Assembly: GCA_028534125.1 (NCBI GenBank)
Contig: CM052817.1
Coordinates: forward strand, 20,338,001-20,402,000
Source: Lama glama
Lineage: Eukaryota
Reading direction: 5' to 3'
DNA: 64,000 nucleotides
The notes under the pieces were generated by a model that worked only from the letters and a program-made list of their open reading frames with translations, did no database searches and was not told where the DNA came from. The translations under genes and the position numbers were made by a program. Positions within the stretch are counted from its first letter, which is position 1. Every line of letters starts with the position of its first letter. Shown in pieces: positions 40,971 through 55,400 of the stretch.

Positions 40971-43439
40971 TCCTCTGGGCTACGTGTCCCAGAGGAGATT
41001 CCAAAATTAGATGATCATTCTTTAGAAATAACTATTAGTCATTTTTGCAAGGCTCCAAACATAGATTAGTTTTGCCATATGGCTGTTATTAACATTAATT
41101 AATATTTGTAAGGCATCTTATATATGGGAAGCTTTATACCTCAGGGTAATGTTGAAGAATGTATTATTAGTTCACCTGCTTCAAGAAACCAAACAAAAAG
41201 GTCCCAGGGACTGGGCAATTTACTCACTGTTCTATTAGAGTTGATCTTGTCTAAGTGTTTAATGCTCTTAACACCCTGGGGTCACAAGTACTAAACTCAC
41301 CAGAGTCCTTTTTGACATTTATAGCAGGAAATCTGTTAGTAAATTTGCATGAGAAACAAAGTTGTGAAAAGAAGAAACTGTTTGGCAAATATGAAGGAAG
41401 CAAAAGGGTTGGAAAAGGGAAAAATAAGTGCAAGTAAAATGATGCTGAAAAATGTAGCAGGCTTTTTTGTCTGGTCACATATCAAAAAAATGACTTTTAA
41501 TTAATACATCATGATTTCCAAGTCACTCTTCTGCGTCTTTTATGTATAATTATATAATATAAAACTTATAATAATTTTGAGGAATTAGTAACTTTGCCAA
41601 CATTTTACAAATGCCTTGGGTAAAGACTATTTCTAATAATATTTTCCCTACCCCTCACCAAGTTTCTCTCGAGACCGCAGTTCTTTTTAGTTGTATCCAA
41701 TTACGGTTCTAAAGAAACTGGAGAACTTAAACCTTGAGCAGGATCCAAAAGTTTTTAGCAGAGGCTCTGGTTATAAGGGTGGAGGGCAGAAGAGGGTGAC
41801 ATAATTTTTTCAACTAGATTAGAGTCCCTGGGAAAGCCAGTAAGCGGTAATGTCCTGGCATAAGGGACAGGGAAAACACGTAGGGCAAATCTCATTCCCA
41901 CCTGCAATATTTTTTATACTTAGAAGAACTCACTAAATATAGGAAGACCTTGTTAAAAGTGATCAAGTCTTTCACTGAAATGGAAATGAAGTGACTAAAT
42001 ATTCCAGATGTATATTATCATCATCTGGAAGAAACTTCTCCCTCTTTGTCAATCCCCTCAAAATTCCACGCTTTTCCAAGCCACCAGTCAGTGGACAAGG
42101 TAGTCCCAAAGTGAAAGGACCAAGATGATCAATCAGATTCATTGATTCCTTAGGGATGACTTTGTCCATAGTATGAAATGATTACATGGTAACAAATGCA
42201 GGACTGCAAGAAATTTTCCAGTCCCTGTTGATCCTACAAGCATGTATGTAGATTTTCTGAAAATTGTGAACCAAATGTACTTTGAAAAACGGGATTGTGT
42301 GGAAATGAAAAGGTATTTTATCTCTCTTCAGGATGGCCTTCAATTACCTCAAGCCTTTTCATAGATGCTCAGTTACATTTATACCGATATGTAAAACATT
42401 ACACTTCTTAAGCTCCCAACTAAAATAATAAGTAACTCTTACTTAAAAGAGTCTTTTCCTCACAAATCATTCAAGTGTATTGGTCTTCTTAATGTACACC
42501 TCACCTCATCTTTTCCAATTGTAACATAATACAATTTTAATTTTTAAAAATGTCAGAAATGTATGTTTAAAAACAAACATACTCTTACAAAATCTCAGCA
42601 AACATAACATTCCTGATCACCTCTTTCTTTCCCAGCTGCTACCTAAAAAATTGTCGACCTAAATAAATGTCTGAAGCACCTGGAGTACAGAGCCACCTGC
42701 TTAAGTGTATTTTACACTGCATATTTAATACGTTTTTGTGTTCTTTTTTCAGTAGGATTATAAAGCAGAAAGATTTTCATTTAATGCTTTTGAAAGGTAG
42801 ATATTGTGAGTGTAATAAAAAGCTGTACAGTGCATTCATATGTAACATTTGCACAACCAAGGTCAGGTCTATTTGTTTACCCAAAAAAAAGGGCAAATCT
42901 ATGCATGATTCATTGTATTGGGCTCTGTAATGCCCAATTCTGAACTCTGCCAGGGTCTGATTGATTGTTCTATTAATACATCCAAGGCAAAAAATGAAGA
43001 ATAAATCAAGCAATCCAGGACCAACTTAGTCATGCTACAGAGACATGGTCTAAAAGCCAAAAAGCAAAATCCTTCGCAAAGCTTGGCTGAGTACCTATTG
43101 ACTGCCTGCTAAACCACTGCTGTCTTGGTGAATTAGGCTATTCCGGGGGAGAAGAGGGGAGGCAAAGCCAGAGGAGGGGGGCCAGAAAGGGCAAGGAGTC
43201 ATGGTTGATACATGTTAGTGGTATCTGAGCTAATATTTGTAGGTATTAAACTATATGTGACCTGCATTTCCTATGATGAGGTGCTCTGTTTTTCAAGTTA
43301 TTGCCCTTCCAGAAATGTTCTTTTTAAAGTCAAAGTGCATCAGAGAAAGGTGATATATTAATAAATTTATTTGTTAATGACCAGCAAACAGAAAAGATCT
43401 TCAGGACAGGATGAGTTCTTTTTTGAACAGCATATATGC

Positions 43440-44730
43440 ATATTCTCAGCCTCCTCACCTCCCATTCAGTCATCAGCCTCCTGGAGTTTGGCTTGGGTCC
43501 CTACCACCCTAGCAAAGATCTTTTTATGGTCACCACTTATATCCTAATTGCCAAAGTAAAAGAGCACATTTTACTGCTTACTTTACTAAAACTTACTGCT
43601 GCTTTTAAATTGGTGAATCATTTCACTGTTCTTGAAATGTGCTTTCCTTTTACCTTGTCCCCACCAACCCTTGAGTGATCTTACACTTCTTCTTGCCCTA
43701 CTTCTATATAGCCTCCTCACCCTCCATCCATTCCAGGCTTTTGTTCTCAGAACTCTTCTCTTCTTACTCCTCAAGCCCAGGTTTTTAGCATGAAACACTG
43801 TTAATCATTCCTAAATCTATATACCTTCAGCACAAAATCTGTTACGGTTCTGAAAGCCACATACCCAAGGGCCTACTAAACTCAGTCATGGTGTCAACCC
43901 TCAACTGTCCTTATCTCTCATCAGCAAACCCTATCCATCACCAAGTAAGTCCTCTTGCTTTTATTACCTAAAAAGTGGCCTGCCCTCACCCCCTCCCTGC
44001 TAGTGCCCTGCCCTCCTCTCTTTCAGTCAACAGCCCTCTCTATACTGAACTCTTGCTTCTCTCAAAGGCTGCTAGTCTCTTGATTTGTCACTAGGTTTGA
44101 GCTCTTCAAATCTGTCCCCTGAAAATTTGCCATCTAAGAGACAATAAACAAAATAAGCAAATATGTAAATATTAAATTAATTAAATATGCATAAATAATG
44201 CAAATATATAATTATATATGTAATTAAATAAAAATAAAAATAAATCTGTAGAAAATATGTAGGAGAAAAAAAGTCAGGGTAGGGAATGGGGAACACAGCG
44301 TAGGGTGGAGCACAGCTCACTAAATACTGATAGGATGACTCCTCCCTACTATTTTAATTTCATGTCCCCAATTTTAAAGTTTTATACCAAACTGCTTGAG
44401 TTTTTTGGGGTTTTTTTAGAATACACTATGTTGTTTGCTACTCCTATATCTTGGTTTATGCGGGCCTCTCTGCCAGCAATGTCCTTTCCTTCTTCACAGA
44501 GGAATCCATGCCCACTTAAGCATCACTGGACCTGCACTGGGCTGGCACAATGTTTGGACCTTCTAGTTCCATGTGTACTCCGTGCATTCCTCTACTCTGC
44601 AATTAAGCTGTAAATTATTATTTTCAGTTTATTGTTCTGTCTCTCTCAGGCAGACTATAAGACAGGGATCAGATCTTGCTCATATGTGTATCCCCAACAT
44701 ATTCAAATAGGAATCACATTATTTGTCCCA
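43440..44730 (+). mobile_element. decayed L2 fragments
   Basis: Pyrimidine-rich L2 phrases (atccatcaccaagtaagtcc, cagactataagacagggatc...tgtgtatcccca). Confidence 0.55.
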
Positions 44731-46329
44731 TGAGTGTATGTGTTTCTATGATTCCACAGTTGTTCAACTTCCACTTCTTTTCATGTTGACACATTCTTTC
44801 TATAGATACACTACTTTTTTTTCTCCATTTACAGTTCAGGATAGTTGATTTAAAAGATCTTCTATTTCTTTCTGGTGTTTTTCATTTCTATGTAATGTGG
44901 TTTAAAATTCAGGGTAATCAGTCTAAAAGACTCCAAAATCAGTCTTTTATCCATTTCCAAATTTTTGGGGTAGGATGAGTTGAAGGAGGTCACACCAATG
45001 TAGTCCCCAAATCCAAAGAGTGCAAACAGTATGTGCATTTTTTTTTAATGTAGAGAAATGACCTCTCTGTAAAATGGGAGGATGGAAAGGGAAAAAAATA
45101 CATCATACCTTTTCTAATCATAGTCACTGTATCACAAGAAAACAGAGACAGTTGAAGGAAACCTATAAACTAATAATTAAGATAGATAATTGAGAAAAAT
45201 AAGAACAGAGAAACAAAATCAAAGACTTTGTACTATAAAAGTGGGTGGCCAAAGACACTACAATTTGAATTTTTGTCTCCAGATTTTGAAGAGTGTCACC
45301 TCACCACAATTTTAAAGCAGTGCTCTATTTACATTATTTTTAACTTAGGTTGTCTGATTTACTGTATCTTTTTCCACTTCACATTTTACACATTTATAGC
45401 CTGCTTAAAAAGTATATATGTTTGTGTATACATATACATATATTTTTATTTTTATAAATGCTAAATATATATTTTAAGATTTATGAATAATATACCTTGA
45501 GCTAAAACAATATTCTTGATAAAGGTGAACTTTTATTCTTAAAAATGTTGTAAATTAGATGTACTGACAGTTTAACATAGGACAAATTCTGCAAGTAAAT
45601 TATTCATGTAAATTAACAGAAATTTCAGTTTGTTGCTGGTCATTAAAATTAGTAATGGAAAACAAATAACCAAAAGGTAAGTCTAAACTAATTTATAACA
45701 TCTCATTAAAAATGCTTTGTCAAAAAATAGTATCTTTCAAGTGAAAAGTAACTGGAGCAATGAATTAGCCTAGGTTTTAATTAAAAATTGAAAATCCAGT
45801 ATAACTGTTACCTAATTTCACCAGCTAGAAAAACAGAGCACAATATAATTCAGTTAAACTGATTTATCATTTATATTTATTGATGAAGAGATATTTGGAG
45901 CATTATGTTTGATATACGCTTTGCAAATTAATTACAAACAAGGTGCATAAGAAGGTGGGTATTTGAAAAGAGATGTATCACTCATATACCACGTAATTTT
46001 GCTCATATTAATATGTTCTTAAGTATCTGACAAAGCAAACTAAAATAGCTTTAAAAAATGTTAAGGATTAATAATGTGCATTACCCAGATACAGAACGCA
46101 CAATAAGCAAAGATGAGCACTAACGTTTGGCCACAGACTGTTTAGCCATAGACTAGTTCTAAAACATAAGTGGGTAGATATATTCAAATAACCAAATAGC
46201 TTTCTATTTTCTAATATTTAATCCCATGCTGAAAAGCATTCATTTTTGTAATTTTCTTATTTTCACACTGGCCTCTGGACATTTTTATTTGCTATCCCTC
46301 CATATTTTCAAATTTATCATCATTTTTCT

Positions 46330-47258
46330 ACCCTCAAATGCCCTTTTCATTCTTCATATTACTTTGACTAATGACACTTGAGAGAGCCTACAGATTTTTC
46401 CGTAACCAGTGCTTCAGTTAATGTTATTCCCAAACGTGACATCCTTCAGTGACTAACCATTGCTTACTAAAGGAATCCCAATTTCCTTAGAATGCCACTT
46501 GCATCATTTATGACTTAGTCTCAAACTGTCTTTCTGGATTTAGCTCTCACTAAGATATATCAAAACTCTGCAGTATAATCAAACTGACTACATGTTATTG
46601 CATAGATGTATACCTTTTACTTTAAATTCTGAGTTTAGCTTGTGCTGTTCTTTTAGCTCAGGTTTGAAGGGGCATTTAATCTAATCTCTAATTCCCTTTT
46701 TGTCAGATCTCCATCTATTAAAAACTATCCATACTTCAAGCCCTATTTCAAATTTCAACTCATCCACAAATCTTCCCCTTATCACCTAAGACATAATAAT
46801 TTTTTCTTCCACTCAATTCCTATTGAGGCTGTATATTAATTACATTTCTGTAGATATTTTTTATTTTAATACACCTATACTCAGAACCAATGATGGCCAA
46901 GACACTGTTAGGCAGTACAAGGGATACTGCAGTTAAAAAAAAAAACTAATTTAAAAAAATACTAATTATATTAAAAGATTATTATAATCTAATGGAAATA
47001 CAAGGTCAGTGTACAAATGACAATAATATCAAAAAGAGTGAGAAAGTTTTCCTAAGAAAAGTATATAAAAATTCTGGGGTTTGGGGGGATATTAAAATCT
47101 GCTGCTGAGAAAAGCTTCATTTGTGATGACAACTGGCGTAGATCCTGAACAAAATGAAATGATTTTGGCAGTCAGAGATAAGCTGCAGAATATTCCCAGT
47201 TAAATAAATATGAATCAAGGTACAGAGACAAAAATGTTCAGAGTATGCTCATGGATAG
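46330..47258. mobile_element. decayed L2 fragments (plus, then minus)
   Basis: ccatacttcaagccctatttcaaat...; then ccaagacactgttaggcagtacaagggatac. Confidence 0.5.
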
Positions 47259-47647
47259 TGCTATGGATTGAGCTCTGTCCCTTCAAAATTTATATGTTGA
47301 AGGCCTAGTCTCCCGCACCTCAAAACATAACTGTATTTGGAGCTAGAGCTATTAAAGAGGTAATTAAGTTAACATGAAGCTGTTAGGGTGGTCCTAATTC
47401 AATCTGACCCATGTCCTTAGAAGAAGAGGAAATTTGGACACACAGAGAGACACGAGGGATGCACACACAGAGAGAAAAGGCCATGCAAGTGCACAGCGAG
47501 AAGATGGTCACCTACAAGCCAGGGAGAGAAACCATCCATGACGACAGCTTGATCTTGGACTTCTAGCATCCAGAACTGTGAGAAAATAAATTTCTGCTGT
47601 TTAAGCCACCAAGTATATTGTTATAGCAGCCATAGTGAACTAATACA
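47259..47647 (+). mobile_element. MaLR solo LTR (MLT1A/MLT1B-like)
   Basis: TG...CA ends; tgctatggattga...aaaatttatatgttgaag...ccagaactgtgagaaaataaatttctgctgtttaagccacc...actaataca. Confidence 0.92.
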
Positions 47648-47789
47648 GCTATTTTATTGTTATGCAGCATAAATACCAAGTGATGGAAGATAAAGCTGTA
47701 TATACATGTTGGAGTTAATAACATAAATAAGTTTAGTGAATTAATACATACAATACACATAAAGTAGGCCAGTATCTTGACTACTCAAC

Positions 47790-48230
47790 CTACATTCTAC
47801 TTCAAATGATTAATCTTAACTAATCATGGTAATATGATGCCTCTTGCTTGCCAATGGTCAACTTATGGATGGGCAATCTTAAGTCATTTTTGGCCAAAGA
47901 GACATGAGGTAGTAGGGATGCTTCTGGGGACAGTTTTCTTATCCATAAGAGAGAACAGAGGCAGAGATAGTCACTTTCTTCCTTCTTATGTGGTCTTGTT
48001 TGTATATGAGTCTGGGACCAAAGCAGGCTTTTATTACCAGCCAGAGGACAAAGGGATTCCTGACAGAAGAGCAAGATGATGATGCCACTGACCTACTTAA
48101 TCAATTCTCCCCTGGTTATCTGTTCTACATCTGACTCCCTATTAATTAAGATAGTAAATTTTTCATTGGCTAGGACAAATTGAGATACGTATAATGTTCC
48201 TTGCAGCCAAAAGCAACTTAAACAAATACT
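47790..48230 (+). mobile_element. old MaLR LTR (MLT1J-like)
   Basis: ttttggccaaagagacatgag...gcttctgggga...ttgcagccaaaagcaacttaaacaaatac. Confidence 0.7.
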
Positions 48231-48794
48231 AGGCTGAGCTGAGTAATATATTCTATAGTCAAAAAATATAGAATAGTATCATCATTAAAGAACTGTAATT
48301 AGTAGTAATGTTTTAGAAGTAATGTAGGTGGGATTAGAGTGAAGAAAGGCATGAAGTTGGTAGATCCAATTAAGAGGCTAATTATCCTACTGATATTTAA
48401 AGAGATTTAAAGCTCTTTCTAGGAACATGACAAGATTCTAGAGAGGGTGACAGTGGTAGTGGAAAAGCATGATAGGATTTTTTTCCCCAGCTTGTTTGTT
48501 ATTATTCAAATTCAGGTAATCATATTTTCCTTTCTGAGTTATTGTAGTAGTTGTTGTGAATTTATGCTCCTGCCTTTAAATCCACTACCTTACACTCATC
48601 CTTTTTCTCTGCCCTTCTAAAACCCATTTACCACATAGCTACTAGGATTATCTTTACAAAAATATTAATTCTACTCACATCACTTAAAATATTTTCATTG
48701 CCTTTCCACAGCCTTTTAGAATAAAACCCAAACTACTTAGCATCCTATACAGGACTTTTCATAATCTGTCCCTCTATGTCCCATCCTAACACAC

Positions 48795-49206
48795 TGCTTT
48801 GGGTTGAATTTTGTCCCCCTCAAAGAAAGATATGTTGAAGTCCTAACCCCCAATACCTCAGAATAAGACCTTAGTTGGAAATATAGTTCTTTCAAATTAG
48901 TTGAGTATATAGTGAAGTAGAGTGAGCCCTTAATCCATTATGACTGGTACCCTTATGGGAAAACAGCCATGGTATGTAGACAGAGACACATGTGAAGATG
49001 GAGGAATGGAATGATACATCTACATCTGAGGGATGCTGGGTTGTCAGAAAGTAGGAGAGAGGCATGGGACAGATTCTCAGTTGAAAGGATCAATCCTGCT
49101 GACACCTTGATTATGGACTTCTAGCCTTCAGAACTGTGAAATCTCTATTATTTTAAGCCACCCAATTTGTGGTATGTTGTTACGGCAGCCCTAGGAAGCT
49201 AATACA
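48795..49206 (+). mobile_element. MaLR solo LTR (MLT1C-like)
   Basis: TG...CA ends; gggttgaattttgtcccc...atatgttgaagtcctaaccccca...ggcagccctaggaagctaataca. Confidence 0.92.
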
Positions 49207-50299
49207 CTTCTTTCTTTCCCTCCCTCCTTTCTTCTTTCCCTTCCCTCCCCATCTTCCTATTCCATTGATTCGGCAACATTTAGCTGGAATGTTTTGTGCC
49301 TAACACTGAATATTCCATGAGGAGAAAACAGTCAAGGTGACTGCAGTCATGGAGGTTAGAGTCTAATAGGGGACAGATATACATTTGCATTAAACTGTAG
49401 ATCTCTGAATTAAAAAAACAACCATGAATTATTCTCTAATTAAAATACACACATGGACACACACACAAACAACAATATTAAAGAAAATGTAATAAAACAA
49501 GAACAATTATTCATTTCCACAGCTTCTTTTCCATCCTTTGTCCATGTGCATAACTATTAATAATAACAACAATAACAATGAATAGTTATAGGTCAGATAC
49601 TATACTAAGTACTTTTATGACTTAAGCTTCAAATATTTGTAGATTATCTTAATCATAATGTATATGCCGTATTAAGTGCTTAATGAATAGCAGTTGTCCT
49701 AATTATCCTAGAGTTTTGTTTTAATTTTTAAAATTGTTTTTGGAATATATTTATTTGAGTAGAATCAGCAGGTGAAATTAATGAACCATTTTTAAGGGGC
49801 CCTGAATACATGATTTTTCATATATTCTAAAAGATTTGCTCCAAGTAACAATAATTTAACATATGTATAATGTACTAGTATTAAAAGTATTATTTGTCAA
49901 CTGTTTTCTTTAAAAAATGGTTACTAATATTTTTAACTTAAAGTTGACCCATCCTGCTCATCTGTACTTCCTCTGGTATGAGTTCTTTCTGCATGTTACA
50001 ATCTATGCATGTTTAGCTTAATGTTTTTACCTATAAATAATTATCACAGATCTTTTGTTTGTCATATTGATTCAAACAATGTTTTCATTTGTTATTTTTT
50101 ATCTCATTATTCACTTTTTACAGAGTTTTTATTATGTATATATTCAAGTTTTTCAATATTTTCACTGTATTTTCTATTAACATTTCAAAGCTTTGAAAGT
50201 TATCACTGACTGAATTAAATATTCAGTTTCACTGTCTTCTAGATCCTTTATGAACTTTGTTTTAATTCATTAATGCATTTTCACGTCTTGATCTCCCAG

Positions 50300-52140
50300 C
50301 TCTTCTTGACTGACCCTGGGACTTTCATCTTATTTTCTCTTAAACTGCTCTGGTCACGGTTACTGCTCTGGTCAAGTGGCCATTGACCTATATCATGCCA
50401 AAGTGAGCCATTAATTGTCATTCTTCATTCCACCCCTTCAAATATTTTTTCCACTTGTCTCTCACAGTACCACAGTCTCCTGGGCTCTCCCTAATTGTCT
50501 GGCAACTCTTTTTTCGTTCCACTTCCTAACTTTTGTAGTATCCCAGTCCTTCAGTCCTTGTCATTACTCTCTTCTCTGCCTGAACACACTTGTTCACTCC
50601 CAAGGCTTTCAATATCATCTGTAAATTGTGACTCTGAAATTTACACCTATAGTCATGTACAGCCCTACTAAATCTGTATATCTAACTTTCTGCCTAGTAT
50701 CTCCAAATAAATGTCTAACAAAGAGCATAAACCTAAGACATTCAGCAAGGCTCTAGATTCTCTCCCATCCCACCCCAACTCAACCTTCCAACAATCCTTC
50801 CTAACTCAGCATCAGCAGTTGCTACAACTGTTGAGGCAGTTGTTGTGTTATCATCTCTGCTTCTTCTCTTACAATTCACATTTAATCCATCTCAATCCTC
50901 TCTCAGGTGTTCTGTCATAATATAGGCTAAATCTGGTCACTTTTTATCACTTCTAACCTATTAAACATTGGACAAGAACTCTTTTGTCTCTAGAATGGAC
51001 CTCTCTATGCTGTTGCCTCCTAAATGCCTTGTTTCCTACTTGCCTTCTGATGGCCTGTTTTCCACAAGTAACAAGAGTGAACTCTCTTAAATATGAATAA
51101 TTAATACTTTACATATATCAGGTCATTTATTTTTCACAATGACCTACTACAAGGGTTACATTTACTTTTCCATTTCACAGATAAGAAAAATGAGTGACGT
51201 GCCCAAGATCACTGCTGGTGACAAACAAAATGGGATTGCACCTGCTTGTTTAACTCGCACTGTTGTACACTCACACCTCTGCCCAAAACCATTCAACAGC
51301 TTTTCATTATGCAGTGTACTGAAGTAAAACACCAAATAGAGACCAGACTTGAAAATTCCTTGATCAGACAAAACCATGTAAGCCATGTAAGCAAAACTAA
51401 ATCTAGCACTTTTGATGAACTTAAGTGAAACCTGGGATACTTCTTATACATGCTGCTGATTATCAAAAGAAATTTAAGTCATCCTCCTAAAAATGGTATA
51501 AGATAATCACTTTTAACCAATCCCTCGCCATCTGGTATCCCCACTGTATTAACCAATCACTGTAAAGGTTAAACAACTTCCTCATTTTCTTTTTCACTTT
51601 ATAACTCATCCTGTAACGTCATGTCTCTGAGCTTCAATGATCAGTTTTGAATTTTAAAGCTCCCAGTTCCTGAACTGCTCTTATATGCATAATAAACTGT
51701 TACTAAATACTATTTTATTGATCTGGTGGCTTTAATTTTGCTATTTCTGGATTATTGAAAATTGATTAAAAAGTGCACTTCTCAGCATGACTCAGACCCA
51801 CATCATTTTACATGACTTTGCCTCTGCCTACATCCTCCACTCATAGCAACCACTCCCCATTCAGTCTTTATTGCTCCTCAAACACCACAATGCTGGTTTC
51901 CATCTCAGTGCTTCTGCACTTTGTGACATTGTGCTTTCTTTCTAGTCTTCTCCCAGATCTTTATATGGCTCCCTCCCCAATTATTTAGGTATCTGCTCCA
52001 CTGTCTCTAACAAATCTACCTGAAACAACCTCTCCCAGGTTTTTCCTCTCTCCATCCCTTCACTCTCCGTCTCCTTAGACTCCTGCATAACCCTCATCAC
52101 TACCTGGAATCATTAAAATGTATCTGTTTGGTGTTTAACT
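50300..52140 (+). mobile_element. long L2 fragment interrupted by a MIR (~51100-51260) and an LTR
   Basis: L2 body phrases (cactcccaaggctttcaatatcatct, atctccaaataaatgtctaaca, ccatctcagtgcttctgcact). Confidence 0.7.
51320..51760 (+). mobile_element. ERV1-class solo LTR (MER90/MER110-like)
   Basis: Begins tgaagtaaaacaccaaatagagaccagac; two aaccaatc CCAAT boxes, a TATA-like ttataa, and aataaa near 51691. Confidence 0.7.
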
Positions 52141-55100
52141 GTATGAAATTGATAAGCTTAGCATCATATAGTTTGCTTTAGTTCTGATATCTATATTCTG
52201 AAATAACTCTATACTTATTTAAAATGTGTTTCTATTTACTAATACAACCTTGGAAAGAAGTCAATCTACAAGAAAAATATTTAACCATCCTTATATCCAT
52301 GCAAAATGCTCACACAGTGCCATTTCTATTATAGATATTAGAAAAAGATAAACTTAAGAAATGAACACATAAATGTTTTAAAATACGTATTTTAGGTATC
52401 ATTAAATAATGATTTTCATTTGGGATACACCTTCTCTGACAACTTTTAAATCACCTATCTATAACTGATAGCAATAAATTATCTCAAAAAATACGAGCTA
52501 TTATAAATTCGAAGTAATTGCATTCCGTAATACTCAGTGTCCTTAATTTCTCTTGCCTCCAATTCAAGTCCAACTATGAGACTGTTAACCAAAGTGCCAC
52601 CCCACTAGTGCATACATTCTTATTAGTTGGCACCGCTGTTTTAAAAAACAAGATGAATACTTTATTTGAATGTGAGTGGGGCCAACTTTTGCAAATCTTT
52701 AAAATACAGTTCAATAGTTTGTCCAGTGATACATTTTAAAATATCTTATCTCTTCAAGGGTTTTTGGATTCCTTCATTTTTTAAAATACCAGATGAGAGC
52801 ACAGTGTTTGTAAAGATAGAAAGTAACATGCCAGAAGTTTGGAAAAGCAGCAGGTATGTGAGGCATGCAAAAATAATGAGGCAAGTATATTTGCTGATCT
52901 GAACTTCAATAAGCAGGCTGTTCTCCTGGGAAGGTGTTTTTACAGACACTTCAATCATTTATGCTACTAGCCTTTGCTTTACTGGTGAGTGTTGAGTTTT
53001 TCTTTTCTTTTTTTCCTAAATGGGTCAAGAGCACATATGTTTTAACTACAGAAAAATATGTTAAGGTACTAAATAATAAGGCCTTGATTTAAAAATTATA
53101 GCATTCACAATGATGTAGTTTAAGACTTTAGTTATTCCCAGGGTGACCTCCTGGGCTTACTGGATTCTCAGCAGAAAACCATCTGCATTCGCTACAATGC
53201 ATGTAGATGCTACCAACTGCTATTGGAGAAACACCACACGTTAAGCACATGGTATGTCAGGTAAGGGAAAAAGAAAAGTGTCCTCCCTCTTGAATGGCAA
53301 TTTCCATTCCTTACTCATCTTTTGTTCTCTCTCCAGTAGTAAATCTCTGTTATGTGGTGAGATGTGTCAACCAATTCAGGCCACTGGAGTCCCATTTAAT
53401 GTCCTCATATCCTTGTACTTTCAATGGCTCTCTCAACATCCCCTCACACTCCAGATTCCTGAATAAATTTATTACCTTCTTCCCTGTGTGCTTACAAAAA
53501 GTCCATTTCTTAGCTTTCCAGGGAGATTCAGAATGAAAAATAAAAATCTCCATCCAAGGCTTAGATTTCTATGAGTTTATGGATTCGAAGAAATGACAAA
53601 AGTAAACATTTATTACCAGTCTTGACCAGTGAATAAAGGAGACAAGGCAGCATGAAGGAAAGGGAAAAGCTTAGGTCATGGATTTCTTGACAAACTGATC
53701 AAACTTTTTGTCCAGTTACATGGGCCTTGGAATTTTCAGATATTTGGGGTTTAGAATTTCCTTTTCAAAAAGGTATAGTTGGTCTTTACTTCATAGAACC
53801 CAGAGGCAAATGAGTTGTCTGCTTGGATGTTTGGTATATAAATGATTGCCCAACAAGTTATCTAATTTACAAAAATATTTTCATGGTGTAGTCTTGGCCC
53901 TACTTATATATTTGAATATTTTTCTCATTCCAGAAAGCTACAATATGCTCCTATTCTTTGTTAAGTACCTACGGAAAAGCTTAGTTACTGATGAAATAAA
54001 TGTCAACCTTTAAGTAATCCCAACCTACCAGTTTGTTCACTTTTTTACGGAATAAAACTAAACTATAGATTGTCTTTAAAACTAAAAACATTCTTGTCAT
54101 TCATGCCTGGCAGATGTTTTTAGGTTGGGGAATACATGTTAAGTGCTTAAAAAATATATTCACTCTATGATAAATTTATTTGTTCGTAAATGTCAGCTAG
54201 GCTTTTAAGCCTGTAGGAAGCAATGCTTGTAAAACTTTAAATTTTTATCAACTTTTAACTTTAAATGTAGTCTGGAGGAATACAAATGAAGGCTGCACCC
54301 TGTAAAAATGTACAATTTTTTTTTTCCTCCCTCGAAGGTACTTCACTGCAAACATGCTATAAGTAACTCATACGACCAGGCTATGTTTTACTACTTAGTT
54401 GTGTGACAAGGGGCTTAATCAGCCTGAAAAATGTTGACACCTCAAGATTTGTGTTAGAAAAGAACATAATGCCTGATCTTTGGAACTGGGGACTAAAAGC
54501 TCACACTTTTCATTTAATAGAAAATCGGGTAACTATACACCAGTAGAAATAGATGGTGCAGAAAAATTCAAATTAAATATGAAAGATGCAAATTGTCAAG
54601 CATTAGACTGTGAGATTACCCTTGATTTAATGAAGCCCAATATCTAGAGAAAGACCTCTAACTTGTCAGGTTGTTCTCCACAAAATGAACATTTTTTTTT
54701 TCTGCAGCATGTTACTCTTTTCTAAGGTTTATCTGTAATGTAAGCCCAAGTTCTGCAAAGAAGCTATTGGAAACAAAACCCACAGACTTCTAAGATACTT
54801 AACAGTAGAATATAATAACTGACAACAATAAGTTGAAAGGCATACGTAATAAATATTTTTAATTCAATTATTTCTTAAGACATTTATTAAGGTACAGTTT
54901 TCTAATCAAACTTGACTTAAAAAATTATTAAATGTTTCTTTTCTCAGACTGGTTCATAACCCCACTCATTTACTTCTTTGTTTGCTAAATAATAACTGAA
55001 TGGCTAGCACATGCCAGGCTCTTCTTGGATTTTCAAGGGTGTTTGTTTCACTCCCTCATGGAAGGCATCATAGATGCTAGATACTCCGGAGGTCAGCCAA

Positions 55101-55169
55101 ACTTCTAAAACAGTAATTTGATTCCTTGTATCTCCAGAAGGAAAGACATGGACAAATCATAACATATAG

Positions 55170-55400
55170 CCTCAAGACAGCATGAGTTCAAATTTGAACA
55201 CAGCCACTTAATAGTTGCATGATCTTGGTCACTGAAACACTCAGTCTCAGTTTTCTCATCTGTGTGACGGAGAGTATGTTGATATCTTACTCAGAGTGTT
55301 GTGGTGAGGATTTTACATGATGATAGATGTAATGTGTTTAGCACAGTGCTAGATATGTAGAAAAAATGCCCAATAAATACTAGCTAGTCCCAGCAGGACT
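55170..55400 (+). mobile_element. MIR
   Basis: gagttcaaat...cagccacttaatagttgcatgatcttgg...tctcagttttctcatctgt...gtgtttagcacagtgct. Confidence 0.85.
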
